DNA from: the human T2T-CHM13v2.0 reference genome, Homo sapiens
DNA length: 64,000 bases
NCBI GenBank assembly: GCA_009914755.4
Contig: CP086569.2
Span: forward strand, 7,264,001-7,328,000
Reading direction: 5' to 3'
Shown: one piece after another, positions 24,555-39,900 of the stretch
Numbering within the stretch: the stretch's first letter is position 1
How the letters are laid out: the number at the start of each line of letters is the position of its first letter
Notes under the pieces: model-generated
Database searches by the model: none
The model's input: only the letters and a program-made list of their open reading frames with translations
What the model was told of the DNA's origin: nothing
Program-made: the position numbers and the translations under genes

Positions 24555-25023
24555 CTCCATGGCAAATTTATTATAATTCAAATAAACATGAAATATTAAA
24601 TATTTAAACGTTAAATATTTAATTTAATATAATATAAATATGTTTATATCATATAATGAAGGGATTTTTTTGTTAAATACAGGGTAAGTTGATATGTTTT
24701 TTCTTTTTGTCACAAAATTGCCAAACACATGTGTCAAAGTATTAATACACAGTATCATATGTATGACATTCCATCTGACACATTTTGACATTAATTCATC
24801 TTTTGATCCAAAAATTTCTTCCTATTTTAATAAAGATACACATTTGAATTTTATCCGTTCTGCACCTTTTTAAGGCTCCCTTTAATAATGAACTTCAAAA
24901 TTAAACTTTTATATTTAATATTATTGTTGGTATAGTCTCATTTTTATAAATATTTGTCCTGTTCTTTAAATGATGATGTATGATACATAGGCAAAAGGAT
25001 ATCCTGGAGCTTTTATATTTTAT

Positions 25024-25316
25024 TTTATATATATTTTTGAGACAGAGTCTCACTGCCTCACCCAGGCAGGAGTGCAGTGGTGTGATCCTGCCTCACTGCA
25101 ATCTCCAACTTTGGGTTCAAGTGATTCTTCTGTCTCAGCCTCCTGAGTAGCTGGACCAAAGGCATTCACCACCATGCCTGGCTAATTTTTTATTTGTAGT
25201 AGAGATGGGTGTTCTGCCATATAACCCAGGCTGGTCTTGAACTGCTGACCTCAAGTGATTCACCCGACTTAGCCTCACAAAGTGCTGGGATTACAGATGG
25301 AAGCCATCGCACCTGA
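25024..25316 (-). mobile_element. Alu SINE (antisense)
   Basis: tttttgagacagagtctcactgcctcacccaggcaggagtgcagtgg...caaagtgctgggattacagatggaagccatcgcacctgac. Confidence 0.9.
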
Positions 25317-25949
25317 CATTTTGCTAATTTTATGTCGATCTCATGGATAGTTGCTTGTAGTGAAAGAGCCAAGAATTAATCAACACATCATAGATACACA
25401 CAACTAAATTTCCGAGAGGAATATATTGCCCAGATCAAGTAAGTTTCCATGGAAAATTATTAACAAAGACCTCATTCAAGAGGATTGCAGAAAGTGAGCT
25501 ATGCTCAGCGGGATTGGTATCATAATGTGGTACAAAGAAAGTGAATAAAATTATATGATTAATTTTTTTTTGCGGTTGCAGGTCAGCATCCATTGCTTAT
25601 ACCACGTACAGTGCCCCACTCAAACTTGAATGGCAGTGAGGCAGTCAGGATTTGGAGGAAGGCCCAGCAAGGACAATCAGGGCCCAAGGATAGAATGCTG
25701 GATTTGCCTGTGGTGCTTTGTGATCTTTCACAAAGTAACTGCGAAATGATGAGTGTAGACAGCATATCTTCTGTCATAAATTAGACATTTCAACCAATAT
25801 TATTACCTTAAATATATCTGTTCTTACTCTAAATAGTTAAATCCACTGTATTTCAAGATTTAAAGTTGAATCCAAAGACTCTTTAATGTTACAAAGAAGT
25901 ATGAAGTTACCTTAAGTTAAAATTGTTCAGTGGACATTGAAATAACTAC

Positions 25950-26266
25950 GGCTGTCAACAGTGGCTGACGCCTGTAATCTCAACACTTTGGTAGACCGAG
26001 GCTGGTGGATCATGAGGTCAGGAGATCGAGGCCATCTTGGCTATGGTGAAACCCCATCTCGACTAAAAATACAAAAAATTAGCCGGGCATGGTGGCAGGC
26101 ACCTGTAGTCCCAGCTACTGAGGAGGCTGGAGCAGAGAATGGCATGAACCTGGGAGGTGCAGCTTGCAGTGAGTTGAGATCATGCCACTACACTGTAGCC
26201 TGGGCACACAGCATGAGACTCTGTCTCAAAAAAAGAAAAAAAGAAAAAGAAAGAAAAAAGAAAGAA
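25950..26266 (+). mobile_element. Alu SINE (sense) with an A-rich tail
   Basis: ggctgtcaacagtggctgacgcctgtaatctcaacactttggtagaccgaggctggtggatcatgaggtcaggagatcgag...ctgtctcaaaaaaagaaaaaaagaaaaag. Confidence 0.9.
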
Positions 26267-29015
26267 CTACAAACACCTCCCAAAATTATTCTTCATGTTG
26301 ACATAAATAATGTTCTATCAGGAGTATATTTTAATATGTGCTTCAATAATGATCTCTCTCCATTAGAAGCCTCTAGGAGAGAAGGAATCATTGAGTTTCA
26401 ATCACACAACTATTACCAGAGACAGACTTACATTTGCTTTGAAAAACGTGCTCTTTTACAGTTTTCATTGGAGGAAATGAATATCTGACAATAGAGAACA
26501 AATTTTGTAATTCCTAAATACCTGACTAGTAGTATCATTTGTATATATATTTATTTTCATTTATCAGGAATTATTCATGCACCTACCTTAACTGTAATTA
26601 CCAACTCAGCAACGTAAAATCACACTGTACCTAAAAATACAAACAGTATCCTACTGAAGTTAAACATGCTATCATGCTGAGGTTGGGTTGCCATCTTTTC
26701 CTCTGAAACCACAAAGAGCTTCTGCATGTTACTGCCTTCAACATATGCACTTGCTAGTTTCTGTTTCCATTGTTAAAAATAGACTCCTTTGACAATCATT
26801 TTTAAATACTTTCCATCCTACAAAGCTTATTAGCTTTACTTTACACAACCATTCAGCACATATTGCTACTAAATAGTTGATTTGTCACCAAATAATGAAA
26901 CCTGTAATTTGTAGGAAGAACGGAAACCTAGGCTCCAGGAATCCCAAAGTAGAAATCCTCCTAGGAGTTATAGTAATTTGAAACTCTGCCATAGATTATT
27001 AGTGATGAAGTGATCCATAAAACTTTGTGAGAGGTACTGCGTCCGTGACATTGTGTCTAGCAAGAATAAGGGATACTCAAGATACATACTAGTTTTCACT
27101 TATTTCACATTTATACCCATGAATCTGTGACACAACTCTTCAAAATGTTGTGGATCAGCTACCCACAAGACAGGGAGAATAAGATACGACTGTACACTGT
27201 GTTCCAGACATTAAGAATTTAATCCTCAAACTCACCCAAATGAATACAGTTGGAATAATGGCTACCCACTTCTGGGTAAAATAAAATGCATTGTAAACCT
27301 TAACTTTTTCGTTAAAATGTAAGTATAGTATTAACCGTCATTGTTCATGCTATCTTTTAACCTCATTGCAGTGAAGAGAATAGTGGATGATATGCAGACC
27401 ATCACTCTCCTGCCTTTTCAGTAAAATTATAAAGGATGATTTATTGAATGTTCTTGGAGAAGCAAATTAATTTTCACAACTTTTCCAGGTTTCTCATTAC
27501 CAAGTGATCACTTCTTATAAAGAAATAGAAGACAGTTCTGCTGAATTAAAACATGATGTATCAATTGGTCTCAAATTTCTGTCTTCTGTTTTAACTGAGG
27601 CCTTTTTTGAGAATACTCAAGATATGTATTGTCTGTTTTTGTTTTGTTTTGTTTAAGTAGGAACTATGGAGCCAGAAAAAGGTGCCTTGCTGCTGAGTTA
27701 AAGTTAACAGAGGCTATACTGGTCTTACAGAAGATCCAGGGGGCAGATTGGCCAGGAGAGAAGGGCCATGGTCAAGAGCCATTAAAGTGTTCCCCTCAGG
27801 GTGCCTTAATAACAGCCGAGGCATTAGAGGGATTCCCTCTAGAGTCATCAGTTTTGATTATTTAAGTCTTTTTTCCCCCTGTTGACATATAGAGAGACAC
27901 AAAGCTAGGGAACCAATAATTCTACTCTAGTTACTGTAAGTGCTGGTATAAAATCACCAGTCTCAAAAGCCACTTGTAAATACAGGACCCATCTGACTAA
28001 AGAGTGTTCCTCTTGGGAAATATGGTGTATTATCAAAAGGGGGAATTTTGTGAACTGATACTATAGTTTAAACTCAGGTTACCGGTTCTTCCGAAGTTCT
28101 TATAATTATAGATTGAAGTGATAATGGTTTGTTTTATTCCAACTCATTGAATGTCCAGTTATATTCCGTTCTACCACTCCCAAAAATGTATTCTAAAAAC
28201 TGAAACAAACTGATGGTACTCTTTTTGAAAAGTCCATCCCCACATCTCTGCCCATCTCCACACAAAGATTTATTTTGACAAGAATAGTTTTAGTGGTACC
28301 TCACTGATGGCAATCAGTGTATTGAGTTGTAATTTTGTAAAGATTTATGAAGTTCCGATTAGCTCCATCACTGCAGTTAGAAAAGCAGTCTCATCCACAC
28401 TGTTGAAAAAGAAAGTTCTTCCTAGAAAGGGGAGGTGGCTGGCAAAGTCCAGTTGGTGAAGCATTCAGAAGACAAGAAGGTGAATTAGCAAAGTGGAAAG
28501 AGATGTTGAATGAAAATGTACACAACTTTTTATGACAAACTGGGTGTAAGTCATAGTTTATGTATAATTCTAAAGACAGAGGATTGATGGCCCTACATCA
28601 ACCTTAGTGACAGAGTAAAACAAAAGGACACACGTGCCACTGGGGTCTTTCCTAAAATACAAAGTTCCAAAAAAAAAATAAACATAGAAATAATAAACTG
28701 AGGGTGAATAAGGGACTGATGGTCAATAAGACTATCTAGAAGTCACCAAAGAAATAAAGCCATAAACAGAAAAAATGAACCATGTTTAAAGAGCTGCAGG
28801 AAGATGATCAGGTCATGCCATACAGTGTAAGTTGGGTTTGACTGGTTCAGTTGAAGCCAGAACCTACAAATAATATATGGATAACATTGATCCGCTTCCA
28901 TTTACACTTCCTGTGTAGCACAAATTTTGGCTTTCTTATTTAATGAAATAATACAGTAACAGAGTTCATGCTGATGACAAGCTATAAGTTATCTTTAGCT
29001 TTTTGCAGCCCCTCT

Positions 29016-29071
29016 TTCCTTCCTTCCTTCCTTCCTTCCTTCCTTCCTTCCTTCCTTCCTTCCTTCCTTCC
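29016..29071. repeat. (TTCC)14 tetranucleotide microsatellite (GGAA on the other strand)
   Basis: 14 perfect ttcc units counted directly, followed by cttcttctttcc. Confidence 0.95.
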
Positions 29072-31311
29072 CTTCTTCTTTCCTTATTTTAAATTAGAAG
29101 TCCAATTGAACTATGCCTTGAGCTTTTTTTGATGTAACATACAGGCTTTAAAATGTTACTGATTGGACCGTAATGTCAGGTGGCCAATGAAAAGCACTGA
29201 ATAATTCAATCTGATTTAGTATGTCTTTGATTTGAAACTTAAAACCATGAAGTGGTATCATCTCTAGCACCCTGAGTAGGAGTAGTTCACAGAAATAGGT
29301 GATAAGTAATTTGTTTAACCACTCAGTTTTGAAATCTTTGAGAACTTAGTTGAAATAAAGACGGTGTAGTCTACAAATAAAATGAGCTAAGACTTTAAGA
29401 TCAAGCAGAGGTAAGGCCCTGAAAATTTTGAATTGATAAAGCTGATGTTGTGTTACTAATTTTTTCTGAGAAAAATGACATGGAACAAGATTTGAGACCA
29501 TCAAAAAACAAACAAAAAAAGGTACTTAATTGAATTTAAGAGAAGTTAGATTACTTTAAATTTATTTAAAGATATTTTAACATCTATGTCTGATTTCACA
29601 AAATTAAACGTTTTATAATAAAATAAACTTGTTTTGAGTTTTAAAGTCAGACAAGCATACCCACACATTATTTTTGTTAATTAGGGGAAAAGAACACAAG
29701 TTCTACTTATTGACATAGTGGCAAAATAATAAAAAGGAACATACAACTCAAATTTTTCTACACACACACAGGCATTCTAAGTGACATAGAGGGTTAATGC
29801 TATGTAGAGTGCATAAAATATTTCAGTCTTGCATCTTGTTCTTCTCTTTAAAAATAAAGAATAAATACAAGCAGAATAAAAACTAACCAAAATGAAATAA
29901 ACATTTTTTTAACAGAAGTAGAGAATAAGTCTGGATGATGTCATTGGGAAATCCACGAGGGCTAAACTTGAATGAATATACCTAAGATACTAAGAGATAT
30001 GTCTTAAAGCAGTATTTGCAAAGTAAACACACTGTTTTCAGTTACTTTACATGTGATACATTCGGCTGGGAGTGTAAGGAGGGCCACTGCTTGTCCCTGC
30101 ACTGATCCTCAGTCACAGGGTATGACGGTGATAATGAAAATTAGATAATAGGTCTGATATAGAACATTCAGATTGATGCAAGGTAATACACATCTGCAGA
30201 CATCAGGCAGAGTGCAAAGGTTCCACATTTGCAGAAAAACTATTGTTTTTTTGGAAAAAAAAGGGGGGTGTTAAATGCTGGGAGAAGTAAGCTATACCAT
30301 TACAGATCTGAGACATCTGGAGAGGGAAACTCATTATACACCGCAAGTCTTGACAGCTGGAACTTCACTGATAGCTCATGCAAACACTGTCTTTGGTGAC
30401 TACAGTTACCAATACTGTACTGTATACTTGAAAAACTTGCTCAGAGACTGGAGCTTTATTGTTCTCCCCCAAAACAAACAAACAAACAAAAAACACCCTA
30501 AACGGATACCAAACACAATGAAATTATCTTAAAGGGTATTAGAAATAATGACAAATTTCCTATAAATGAATGGCATTTACACTAGCAAGAAGTTTCTAAA
30601 AAGCAATATTAAAATAAAGAAGCAGGGTTTTTTCAAGCCATGATCTAAAATAATATATTTTTTAAAAAAACTATTGTTAAAGTGTGAGGGTGAAATAAAG
30701 ACACTTTATGTTATACAAAACTTGCAAGGATGTATTACAGACAGTTTGTTTGCTGAAATAATTTCTTAAGGTTAAGTTTTAGGAAAGAGGAAATTTCACA
30801 CAAAAGGGAAAATTCAAGAAGCAAGGTAAGTAAAGAAATTAATAAAGAAGAACGTATCCCTAAGCTAGCAATAACATTGTAAACAATAACACTAACAATG
30901 AGTATTTAAGCATATAGGTAAGGTGCACCTAAAATTCTAAACAATAGGATTAGATTTAATTACAGTTGATAGAGTTTATGGGAACAAACAAAATTATGAG
31001 CCATATACAAATAAACATTTAAAAAACACAACAATTTTCAAGGAAAAGTACTAAATTTTATTGAAGGTCATAACAAATGAAAGCCAAAATATACATAAAA
31101 AGGCAAAATGGACTAAACACATTTGTTAAACACATATAAAAATAAATCTTTATATCACAGTATACACAAGAGTAAATGGACGATGATTTTAAAAATACAT
31201 GTAAAAACCAAAGCTGCCACATTACCAGAAGAAAATATTAGAGAATAATTTATAATATCAGAAAAATACTGTTAATAAGGTTTAAAAGGCTTTCATAAAA
31301 AAGTAAAATTT

Positions 31312-31430
31312 TAGCCGGGTGTGGAGGCTCACGCCTGTAATCCCAGGACTTTGGGAGGCCAAGGTGGGCGGATCACGAGGTCAAGAGATTGAGACCATCC
31401 TGGGCAACATGGTGAAACCCATCTCTACTG
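31312..31430 (+). mobile_element. Alu 5' fragment (left monomer), 3'-truncated
   Basis: tttagccgggtgtggaggctcacgcctgtaatcccaggactttgggaggccaaggtgggcggatcacgaggtcaagagattgagaccatcctgggcaacatggtgaaacccatctctactgg. Confidence 0.75.
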
Positions 31431-34400
31431 GTTAGTAGGGATTATTTTAATTATGTTCTCTTTCATCCTCCAAACATGTTTCCCCCTACAGCATTCCACT
31501 ATTCAGAAATCACAGCACTATATACCTTGTATTTCCAGCTAGAAACATAGAGGATGATCCTTGAGGCAGCCTCTTCTCTTCACATCCAACAGTTCATAGG
31601 TTGTGTGTCCTCTCTGAAAATTTTACAGTCTTAGTAAATAAAGGCTGGCCCCTAAACAACCTTCAATCATCCACTTTTTTTTTTTTTGCAATTCTCGTCA
31701 GTTTCTTACCGAACAGCAGGAGCTCTGCAAAGTCAACGTTGAAGTAAGTACCATTCTCTGCCAGTATTACTATTTTCTTTATCACAATATAAATGTTCCT
31801 TAAAAATGCCCACATGAAGCTATACTAAGTAATACAGTTAAATGATGTCTTTGTTTTACAGAAAAGTACAAGGCAAACAGAATCAATTGTTATTATATGA
31901 TCTTTATAACTGCACACACAGGTACTAGATATTTTAGAATCCAGTTCATACATCTGAAATTTGGGCCTCAAAATATTTAGCATATGTTAAAGACTAATGT
32001 CAGATTATAGAACTGCCTGTTTCCACAGTATTGTGCTATCTCGCTTTAAGAACCAGCTGGGGAATCATTAAAAATATAAAATGTCCTTTTCTTGAACCTC
32101 TCCCAGGTGAGCCAAAAAACGAAATTTTCTGTGGAGATGTTGTCATGTGCAATTTCATGAAAACTTTTACAATTTTAACCACAGCTATGCTTCAGTGGCA
32201 TACCTGTTTATTCAATACCTGCACACCTGCTTTAATACAGAAAAATTTGGAAGTTAATACAAGTATTAACTGTTACCATCATTGGTGCTGACAACTGAAG
32301 ATGCTTTCCAATCTTCCATGAATATGTGAAATTCAAAATGTCAGTACAGTCTCCAGAATGTCAATGTAATCTTAGTAGCAGTGGATCATTTACAGAAGGT
32401 AATTTTGCCACAGTGGTCAAATATTTGTTAAATACTGCTATTTTATAGCTATCCATAACATTAACTGACACACAGTGTATAGCTAGAACCATGTTGCTAA
32501 AGAAAATGTTCACAAATAGATTTCTCATTTTTGCTAAATTGCAAACTAACAGGTTAATTACCCCTGTGAAGTACGAGATAGATGGAGTAGTATTTACCAA
32601 GAATGAGAAAGAAGAGAGGGGCATATGACTTGAGAAGGTGGGAGTGAGTAAAAGATAAGGTATTTATTCCTGACTCCTGACTTGATGTTCTTTGCTTGAT
32701 TCTTTTCTTTTTGTTGTTGTTGTTGTTGTTGTTATTTTACTTTATCTTATGTGTTAGACCAGAGTTTCACAAACACCCCCAAATAATTACATGGGGCATA
32801 ACAAATATATCCAGATAATTCTCATTATTTTCCTTCAAAATCCTGGTTCAATAATTTGAAATGAGACCTGGAGAACCAGTAATTCTAACAAGTATGATAA
32901 GTGATTGTTACCAAAATGACTATTATGAAATATTTAGACAACCAGGCAGGAGCTAGGTAATCAATATTTAATAGTTGGTTCTTACAGTAAGGGCAAAGGA
33001 TTTTATTGAAAAGACTATTTAAATGCAAGTTTTATGAAAAAGGTTGAAGTGAGCACTTTAGTACTTTCTAATTAGTGTCTTTAAAATATGTTTTGCTAAA
33101 GTGGCAAAATTATTTTTTTCATTAGAAGTTAGCATTATAGTCACAAATGTCTTCTGAGTTAGCTTTTTGAAAATCTTCAGATTATAAATTGTAAAAATTA
33201 TCTTTGGTGTTTATAAAACTCCAGAAAATCACTAAGAAAAATATACATAAAAATACCAGTATCTAAAAAGATCAAAATAACTCTTACAAACAGACAACAA
33301 TCTAGCCTAGGAGAAGAAAGCAGGACAGGTAAATAGATCCATTTTGGCAAAGAGGAAAGTCAAATGACCAATGAAAAATGGCTAGATGATTGAACTCATT
33401 AGTAATCTGGGAATATAAATCAAAACCACATTACGTTCCAACTTTTGTTCATTAGCTTGGCAACAATTAACATAATAACATAATAACCCTTGTAGTCAAG
33501 GGTGTAAAGAATGGTAATTTGGTTCCATCAATCACAGGACTCTCTAATGATATTTAGTAAAATTAGGGTGACTAAAACTTTCATTGTTCCAACAGAAACT
33601 TTTTTAGAATAAAGAGTACTAACATACACAAAATTATTTAATATTTAATATATTATTTCCTTTCAGGCAAATTTTTATTGTATTGATGGATCTATGAAAT
33701 AGTTATCTTCCAGCTATTTTTAAAAATGAAATCCCTTCAAAAATTTAAAACCACAATTACATATCTTGAGGCAAAATAGAAAAATAATTTACATTATTTA
33801 AATATTAAAAATAGGGAGAATAATTATATAGAACATATTTATATGAATTAATCTGTTTCTTAATAATTATCTGTAGTTCTTTTCTGGAAAATGCATTTAT
33901 TTTAATATTATATTGATTTTTAAATAATGTTACTTGCAAGCTTTTCCAAAGTTGCCTCTTCCTGTCACCAATAAAAGTTATCAACAAAGTTTAGCTTTTT
34001 AAATGAACTTTAAACAACCATTTATCATATTGTTCAATTTTTTTTCTGGCACAATAATATTTCCACAGCTTTATTTTGGTGCCGATGATTGATTAAAAAT
34101 TCAAACCATGTTTTAATCAAATTTTCTGTTTGAAACATCTAAATGGCATTATTCAACTCTTTTTGAATTTCCTCTGTAGCTAATGGAGCTAACATACTAA
34201 CAATTACTGATGAATATTCCTAAGTGCAGAAAAAATAGAATTAAAAATGTACACAGTTGATTTTAAAAAATAGCAATTTGATGCAAATAAAAAGCCAAGC
34301 ATCTCGGAATTATATGCTTAATTTTTCCAAATTCACATATTAAACCTGTGAAAATGTCATCTTCAGGCATAGTTTTCTTAATGTAACTAAGTATTACCTT

Positions 34401-36094
34401 TTGAAATAGCAGTTGCTTTTCCCCCTCAGCGCTCTATATTTTGGATTTCAGGATATCACTTTTAGCCTGTGGTCCCAACATGGACTACAAGGCTTTATGA
34501 CTACACCATGTGTTTACTGGCACTTTTCAACCCATAATTTGATTGAAAGGGAAATCAAGTAGTTATTAATTAAATATCTACTTGCATTTTCAGGTCATTG
34601 CTGCTGAAACAGATTTTTTAAAAATAGTCATTAGCAAGCAACCTATAAATAAATAGTTGTAGGTATATGAGAGATGACAAAACCACTGTGGCCAGACGAG
34701 TTAACTACTCTCTGTGTGCTAAGCTTCTATTTCCAGCACATAATTTACGTATGTCTAGCCTATTATTTCCTTCATTTTCCCCAAACCCACCATGATGATC
34801 TGGCAATGTCGTGTAAGTGAGCCACACGGTAAAAAAAAAGAAAAGAAAAAAAAAAAACTATGTCAAATACTTTTTCCAACACAAGGCAAGACTGGAAGAA
34901 GCTAGCCATTCCTAGCCAATACTGACTCAGTGCATATTGATTTATTGTCACTCTGCCGCATGCTGTCCTTGAAAAAGAAGGACAGCATGTTATCTATGTT
35001 TGGTGTAAACTGTTAGGAAAATAAAGTTGATTTTCAGACTTATCTCCCAACTCAAGTCATCATTCTGTTAATATTTTATTTTCCTCACATACTGATAGAA
35101 TACTGACAATAGCTGCAATTATTAAACAAAATGAACATTTAACAAACATGTTTGTTCTAATCAATGTAACTTATAATAATACTTCATTAAAAATGAAAAA
35201 TCTAAGACATATGCTAAGCCAATTAGCATGGATGAACAATAGTAATAAAGTCATAGTCTTGGGGGCCAATGAGAATATTTTAACCCCTCAGAGTTAAAAC
35301 TGTACACACACTGCAGTCCAGCCATTCTTCTAATACATTCATTATAAACTCTCACACATGTGTACCCAGAGGCCTGGGCAAGATTTTTCATTGCAGGATT
35401 TCAAAAAACACATCATGGAACATGATAGTATTCAGTAGACTAAGAACTATGCCATCAATAATTGCAGCTTTCCACAAGAATGTTAACAAAAAAATGTGAA
35501 ATAATACACACCTTATAATATTCACATAAATATTAAAAATTCACAAAACACCAGTATTGTTTAGAAATAAATATTTTAATAAATTTATAAAAATATGAAG
35601 GTAATACCAGGTTCATGATAATGGTGCCTCTGGAAATGGAAAAAAGCAAATGAATCTGATGGGGTGTATCCCAATTACAACCAGAGGTAATGTAAATAGA
35701 ACAAGGAATGTATTAATGGAGGTTATTTTTAAGTTAGATTAAAATGGTATTTATTATGTTATTTAGTATTTGTATACATTTTTTAATCTTCCTCAAAAAA
35801 ATTTTATATGAACAATATTCTGTATAAATTGGAATTACCTTGTGAAGTAATTGCTTTAAAATTTCCCTGTCCCCATTGCCACTTTCAGCGAATAAAAAAA
35901 ATTAAAAATTGAAGAATGTGTTACCTTTCAAAAAAAAATTTTACATTTATAAGTATGAAACAAAATGCATTACCAGCACATCACATTTTTTGACTCATTA
36001 TCCATGTAAAATCATGTAGCAAAAAATGAGAGAAGGACATAGGCAGAATTTGACATATGAATAGAGGAAATAATTGCATGTTTATTTAAAATAT

Positions 36095-36900
36095 CTTCAT
36101 AAGACATAAAAGTGTCCAAGAAACATAAAAAAAGTGCTCAACATCACTGATCATCAGAGAAATGCAAACAAAAATCACAACAAGTTACCATTTCATACCA
36201 GTCAGAATGACTATTATTATTATTAAATAACCAAAATAAAAAAATAACGAAGGTAGGCAAGGCTACGTAGGAAAAGAAATACTTATACAGTGGTGGAGAG
36301 AATGTTCAGCCACTGTGGAAAGCAGTTTGGGGATTTCTAAAACACTAACAATAGAACTACCATTTCACCCAGCAATCCTATTGCTCGGTATATGCTCAAA
36401 CGAAAATAAATCATGAAAGCTACCAAAAAGACACAAGAATTCTCATACTCATCACCATGTTAAAGAGATGGAATCAACCTAGGAGCACATCCATGTGCTC
36501 CTAAAGAAAATATGGTACATATGAACAGTGGAATAGTACACAGCTGTAAAAAGAACAAAATCATGTCCTTTGCAGCAACATGGATGCATCTGGAGGTAAT
36601 TAACCTGAGCAAATTAATGCTGAAAAAGAAAATCAAATATTGAATATTCTCATAAATAGGAGCTAAAACGTGGGTGCACACAGAAATAAAGATGAGAACA
36701 ATAGACACTGGAGACTTCAAAAGAGGGACAGAGGGAGAGGGGCAGGGGCTGAAAACCTTCCTATTAGGTAGTAGGTTCACTCTCTGGGTGATAGGATCAA
36801 TAGAAGACTAAACATCAGCATCACGCAATAACCTTTGTAACAAGCCTGCACATGTACTCTCTGAATATATAATAAATGTGGAAATACAAAATAAAATAAA
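36095..36900 (+). mobile_element. Old, diverged L1 (L1PB/L1MA-like) 3' end, sense
   Basis: aaaaaagtgctcaacatcactgatcatcagagaaatgcaaacaaaaatcacaacaagttaccatttcataccagtcagaatg...ctaccatttcacccagcaatcctattgctcggtatatgc...acaagcctgcacatgtactctctgaatatataataaatg, compared with L1 ...aaatgctcatcatcactggccatcagagaaatgcaaatcaaaaccacaatgagatacc... Confidence 0.75.
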
Positions 36901-39900
36901 AATATTATTAATGGAAATAAATTATTATTAATATTATCATATAAACATTATTAAAGGGAATAAATTACATTTTAGAATTGACATTATTGCAGTCATACAT
37001 GATTGAAACATGCTGATAAAATCTATATAAGCTTTATGGAAACAGTGAATAGTCTCCTGACTGCCTTTAAAAGTATAAAAGATGGGATAGCAACCTTTAT
37101 GCACATTAACTAGACTTTAGTTGCACTAATTAAGACAGCAAGAGCTGAGTAAATCAAATGATAATAGACAAGTTGTAATTGATGTCAAAATTCTACCTTA
37201 TTATATATCAACTTCGAAATCATAGCCCAAGTTTTTTTCTATTTTGAGAAACATCACTCTACTAATATATAGAACAAAGATAGATTTTTGCATGATTTCA
37301 ATAAAGCACATTTCTTCTTCAAATATGATAAGCACTTTCCAATCCATAAAACACTGTTAGAGAAAACTGACAATCAGGCTAGACACACATTTCAAAGAGC
37401 CTATGATGTTACAAATCACTTATGCCTCACTCTTGCGTCACCATGATAATGCAAAGCACTTAGATGGTGTTTCTTAGCTTGAAAGAGCCTAGGAACTTTA
37501 ACTAATTAATCCTTAGACTAACCAGTGAGAAAGTGATAAGAAGCCCTGTGAAGAGATCATTTAACTATATAATTCACACTTGCTTAAATGTAATTCAGCA
37601 TATGTGCCATGTTGTGTTTTCCTAGCTTTCTATTTCAGTCTTCAGAGAAATAATATTTATCTGTGAATATATGATGCATAGGCATCTATTATGAATAAAA
37701 TTATGTCGACTGCACTCTCTCTGCCACTAAAAGGTAACAGATGTACATACAGCCAATACATAAAAAAATCTGGTACATTCTGCTGTATTTTCTTTTCTTA
37801 TTCATTTCATATATTATTTTCAGGTATTTCAGAGTGGACTTGTTAGATTTGAATAGGCTAAAGCTTTTTGAAAGAGGAATATACAATTCTCTTGTTAATT
37901 TTTATAATTTTTTTTTGAAAGTGAATAAAAATTAAACTTTTATGATTATGCTGAATGTAAAAGAATATCATATGTGAATGCTTCACCCAAATGAAAGAAT
38001 ATTTAATATTCAACTTAGAATTCTCTCTAGTAGGATTTCCTTCTCTGCAGGTAGCTGGCTACAGAGATCTACCAAAACAAATGTATTTCTGCGGTAAATA
38101 CCAGCACTGGCTTACTCCAGAAAGAACTCTTTTAGTCTGTAAAGAACAGTACATCTTTTCCCTGAGCAGAATAAATACTTACCCAGTTTTGCTGTTCCAC
38201 TAAAAAATCAATTAAAGTAAGTCAGTTCCTTTTTTATTACAAAGAAAATCTGGTTAATTTCTAATTACTTGTACTAAATCTATTCTCTATAACTATCTAA
38301 AATTACATAGACATACACACAGGCATAGAAAAGAAAGAGTACAATTGGAAGACCAAATAATGTGTACATGTGATCTGTTAAAAAAAAAACTTTCTACTCT
38401 ACTATTTTCATTATAGGTTATAGTGTAATTCAATAAATGACCTATTTTAAATTAGTGCCTAAAACATCACTTGAAAAAGTGTGTACAATGCAAGAAACAT
38501 TTCCCTATGCATACACTTTATTTGTAAATACATTTATACTGTAGAGTTAAAATGGTTAACTTTGTTGTCAAAGACTGATACCGGCTAAAATTTTGTTTCT
38601 TAATATATGTATCCCATTTGTTGTTTTGTATCCTATAAACCCTTTATGCTATATCTAAGACTTAAAATGTTTTAAACATTGGATGTTGGTCTTTAGTGGG
38701 AGTGGGGGTGGGAGGGCCCCATGCAGTTGCTGTCTGGGAGATCTTATCTAAAGAAAGAAGTTAGTAACAGGCAGCTGCATGGGCAGTGGTCCAGTGCCAG
38801 GTTTTCAGCTAACACATGTGTAAGTTTCTCAGGAATTCTCAGAAGTATTTGAGGGAAATGAAACTGGTTTACCAATGCTCTTTTAAAAAACCAGGTAAAG
38901 AACATCCTGCAGTGTCCTGAGGAGAAAAATGAGCAAGGCACATGCTTTCAGATGAGAAACATACTAGGTGATTGCAGGATAATAGAAATCTCAAGCAGCA
39001 GTTTCACCTGAGGAGCAAAAATACACCCTTAAAGTAGCTGCATAAACTAGAATCTGGTAAGACTCCAAAAAACCAAAGCGTGGGCAAAGCTGGCTAGAAA
39101 CAACTGGACTCAACATGGTGTTGGATTTAAGCTAGGTTTCACCTTGGAGAAAATAGCAAAAAAAAAAAAAAAAAAAGTCACTGTTATTACCATGCTGCTC
39201 TGCTACTACCATGCAACAGAGCAACTGATCAAAGGCAGCAACTGCGTAACTATGGCTGGTTCACATGTGAAAACTAGAAATCCCTGTTTATTTAATTCAT
39301 GTTTACTTTTTCTATTCATATAGAAGCCAAAAGCATTCCTTACTGACACAGTGTTTCATTTTTCTTCCTTATTCTCCACCGGTTATTTTCTTACCACATT
39401 AGTTATAGTTTATAACTTATTTTGTCAAATATATGCAATGAGGTAACACTGCAGTATTGCAGAAAGCACACTGCTTTGGAAACAGACTCGTACTGAAACG
39501 GGAAAATGTCCCTCACCTCCCATCACCGAGCGAGCAGTTAGGACAGGTTGTGGGGCTCCGATCCCAAGCAGCATCTAGGGGTGAATGTTTACAGCTCCTG
39601 AATCCCCAGCGGGCATGTGTTACACACTGATAATTTAGTTTCTCCATGTGTAGGTGGCTTGTGTTAGCTCAATTAGGTAGGCTGCCTTACTGAAAAGACA
39701 GAGGGCTTTCTGGATCCCGGGGCTTCCTGCTTTGGTGTACCTGAAGGATTGTCTCACACGTGGGCTTGGAGAATGAGTGCAAGGTTTAATTGAGTGGTAG
39801 TTCTCAGCAGATGGATGGAGAGCCAGAAGGGAGATGAAGTGAGAAGGTGGTTTTCCCTTGGAATGTGGCAGGTCAGCACTCTCCTCCCACAGCCCCAAGG

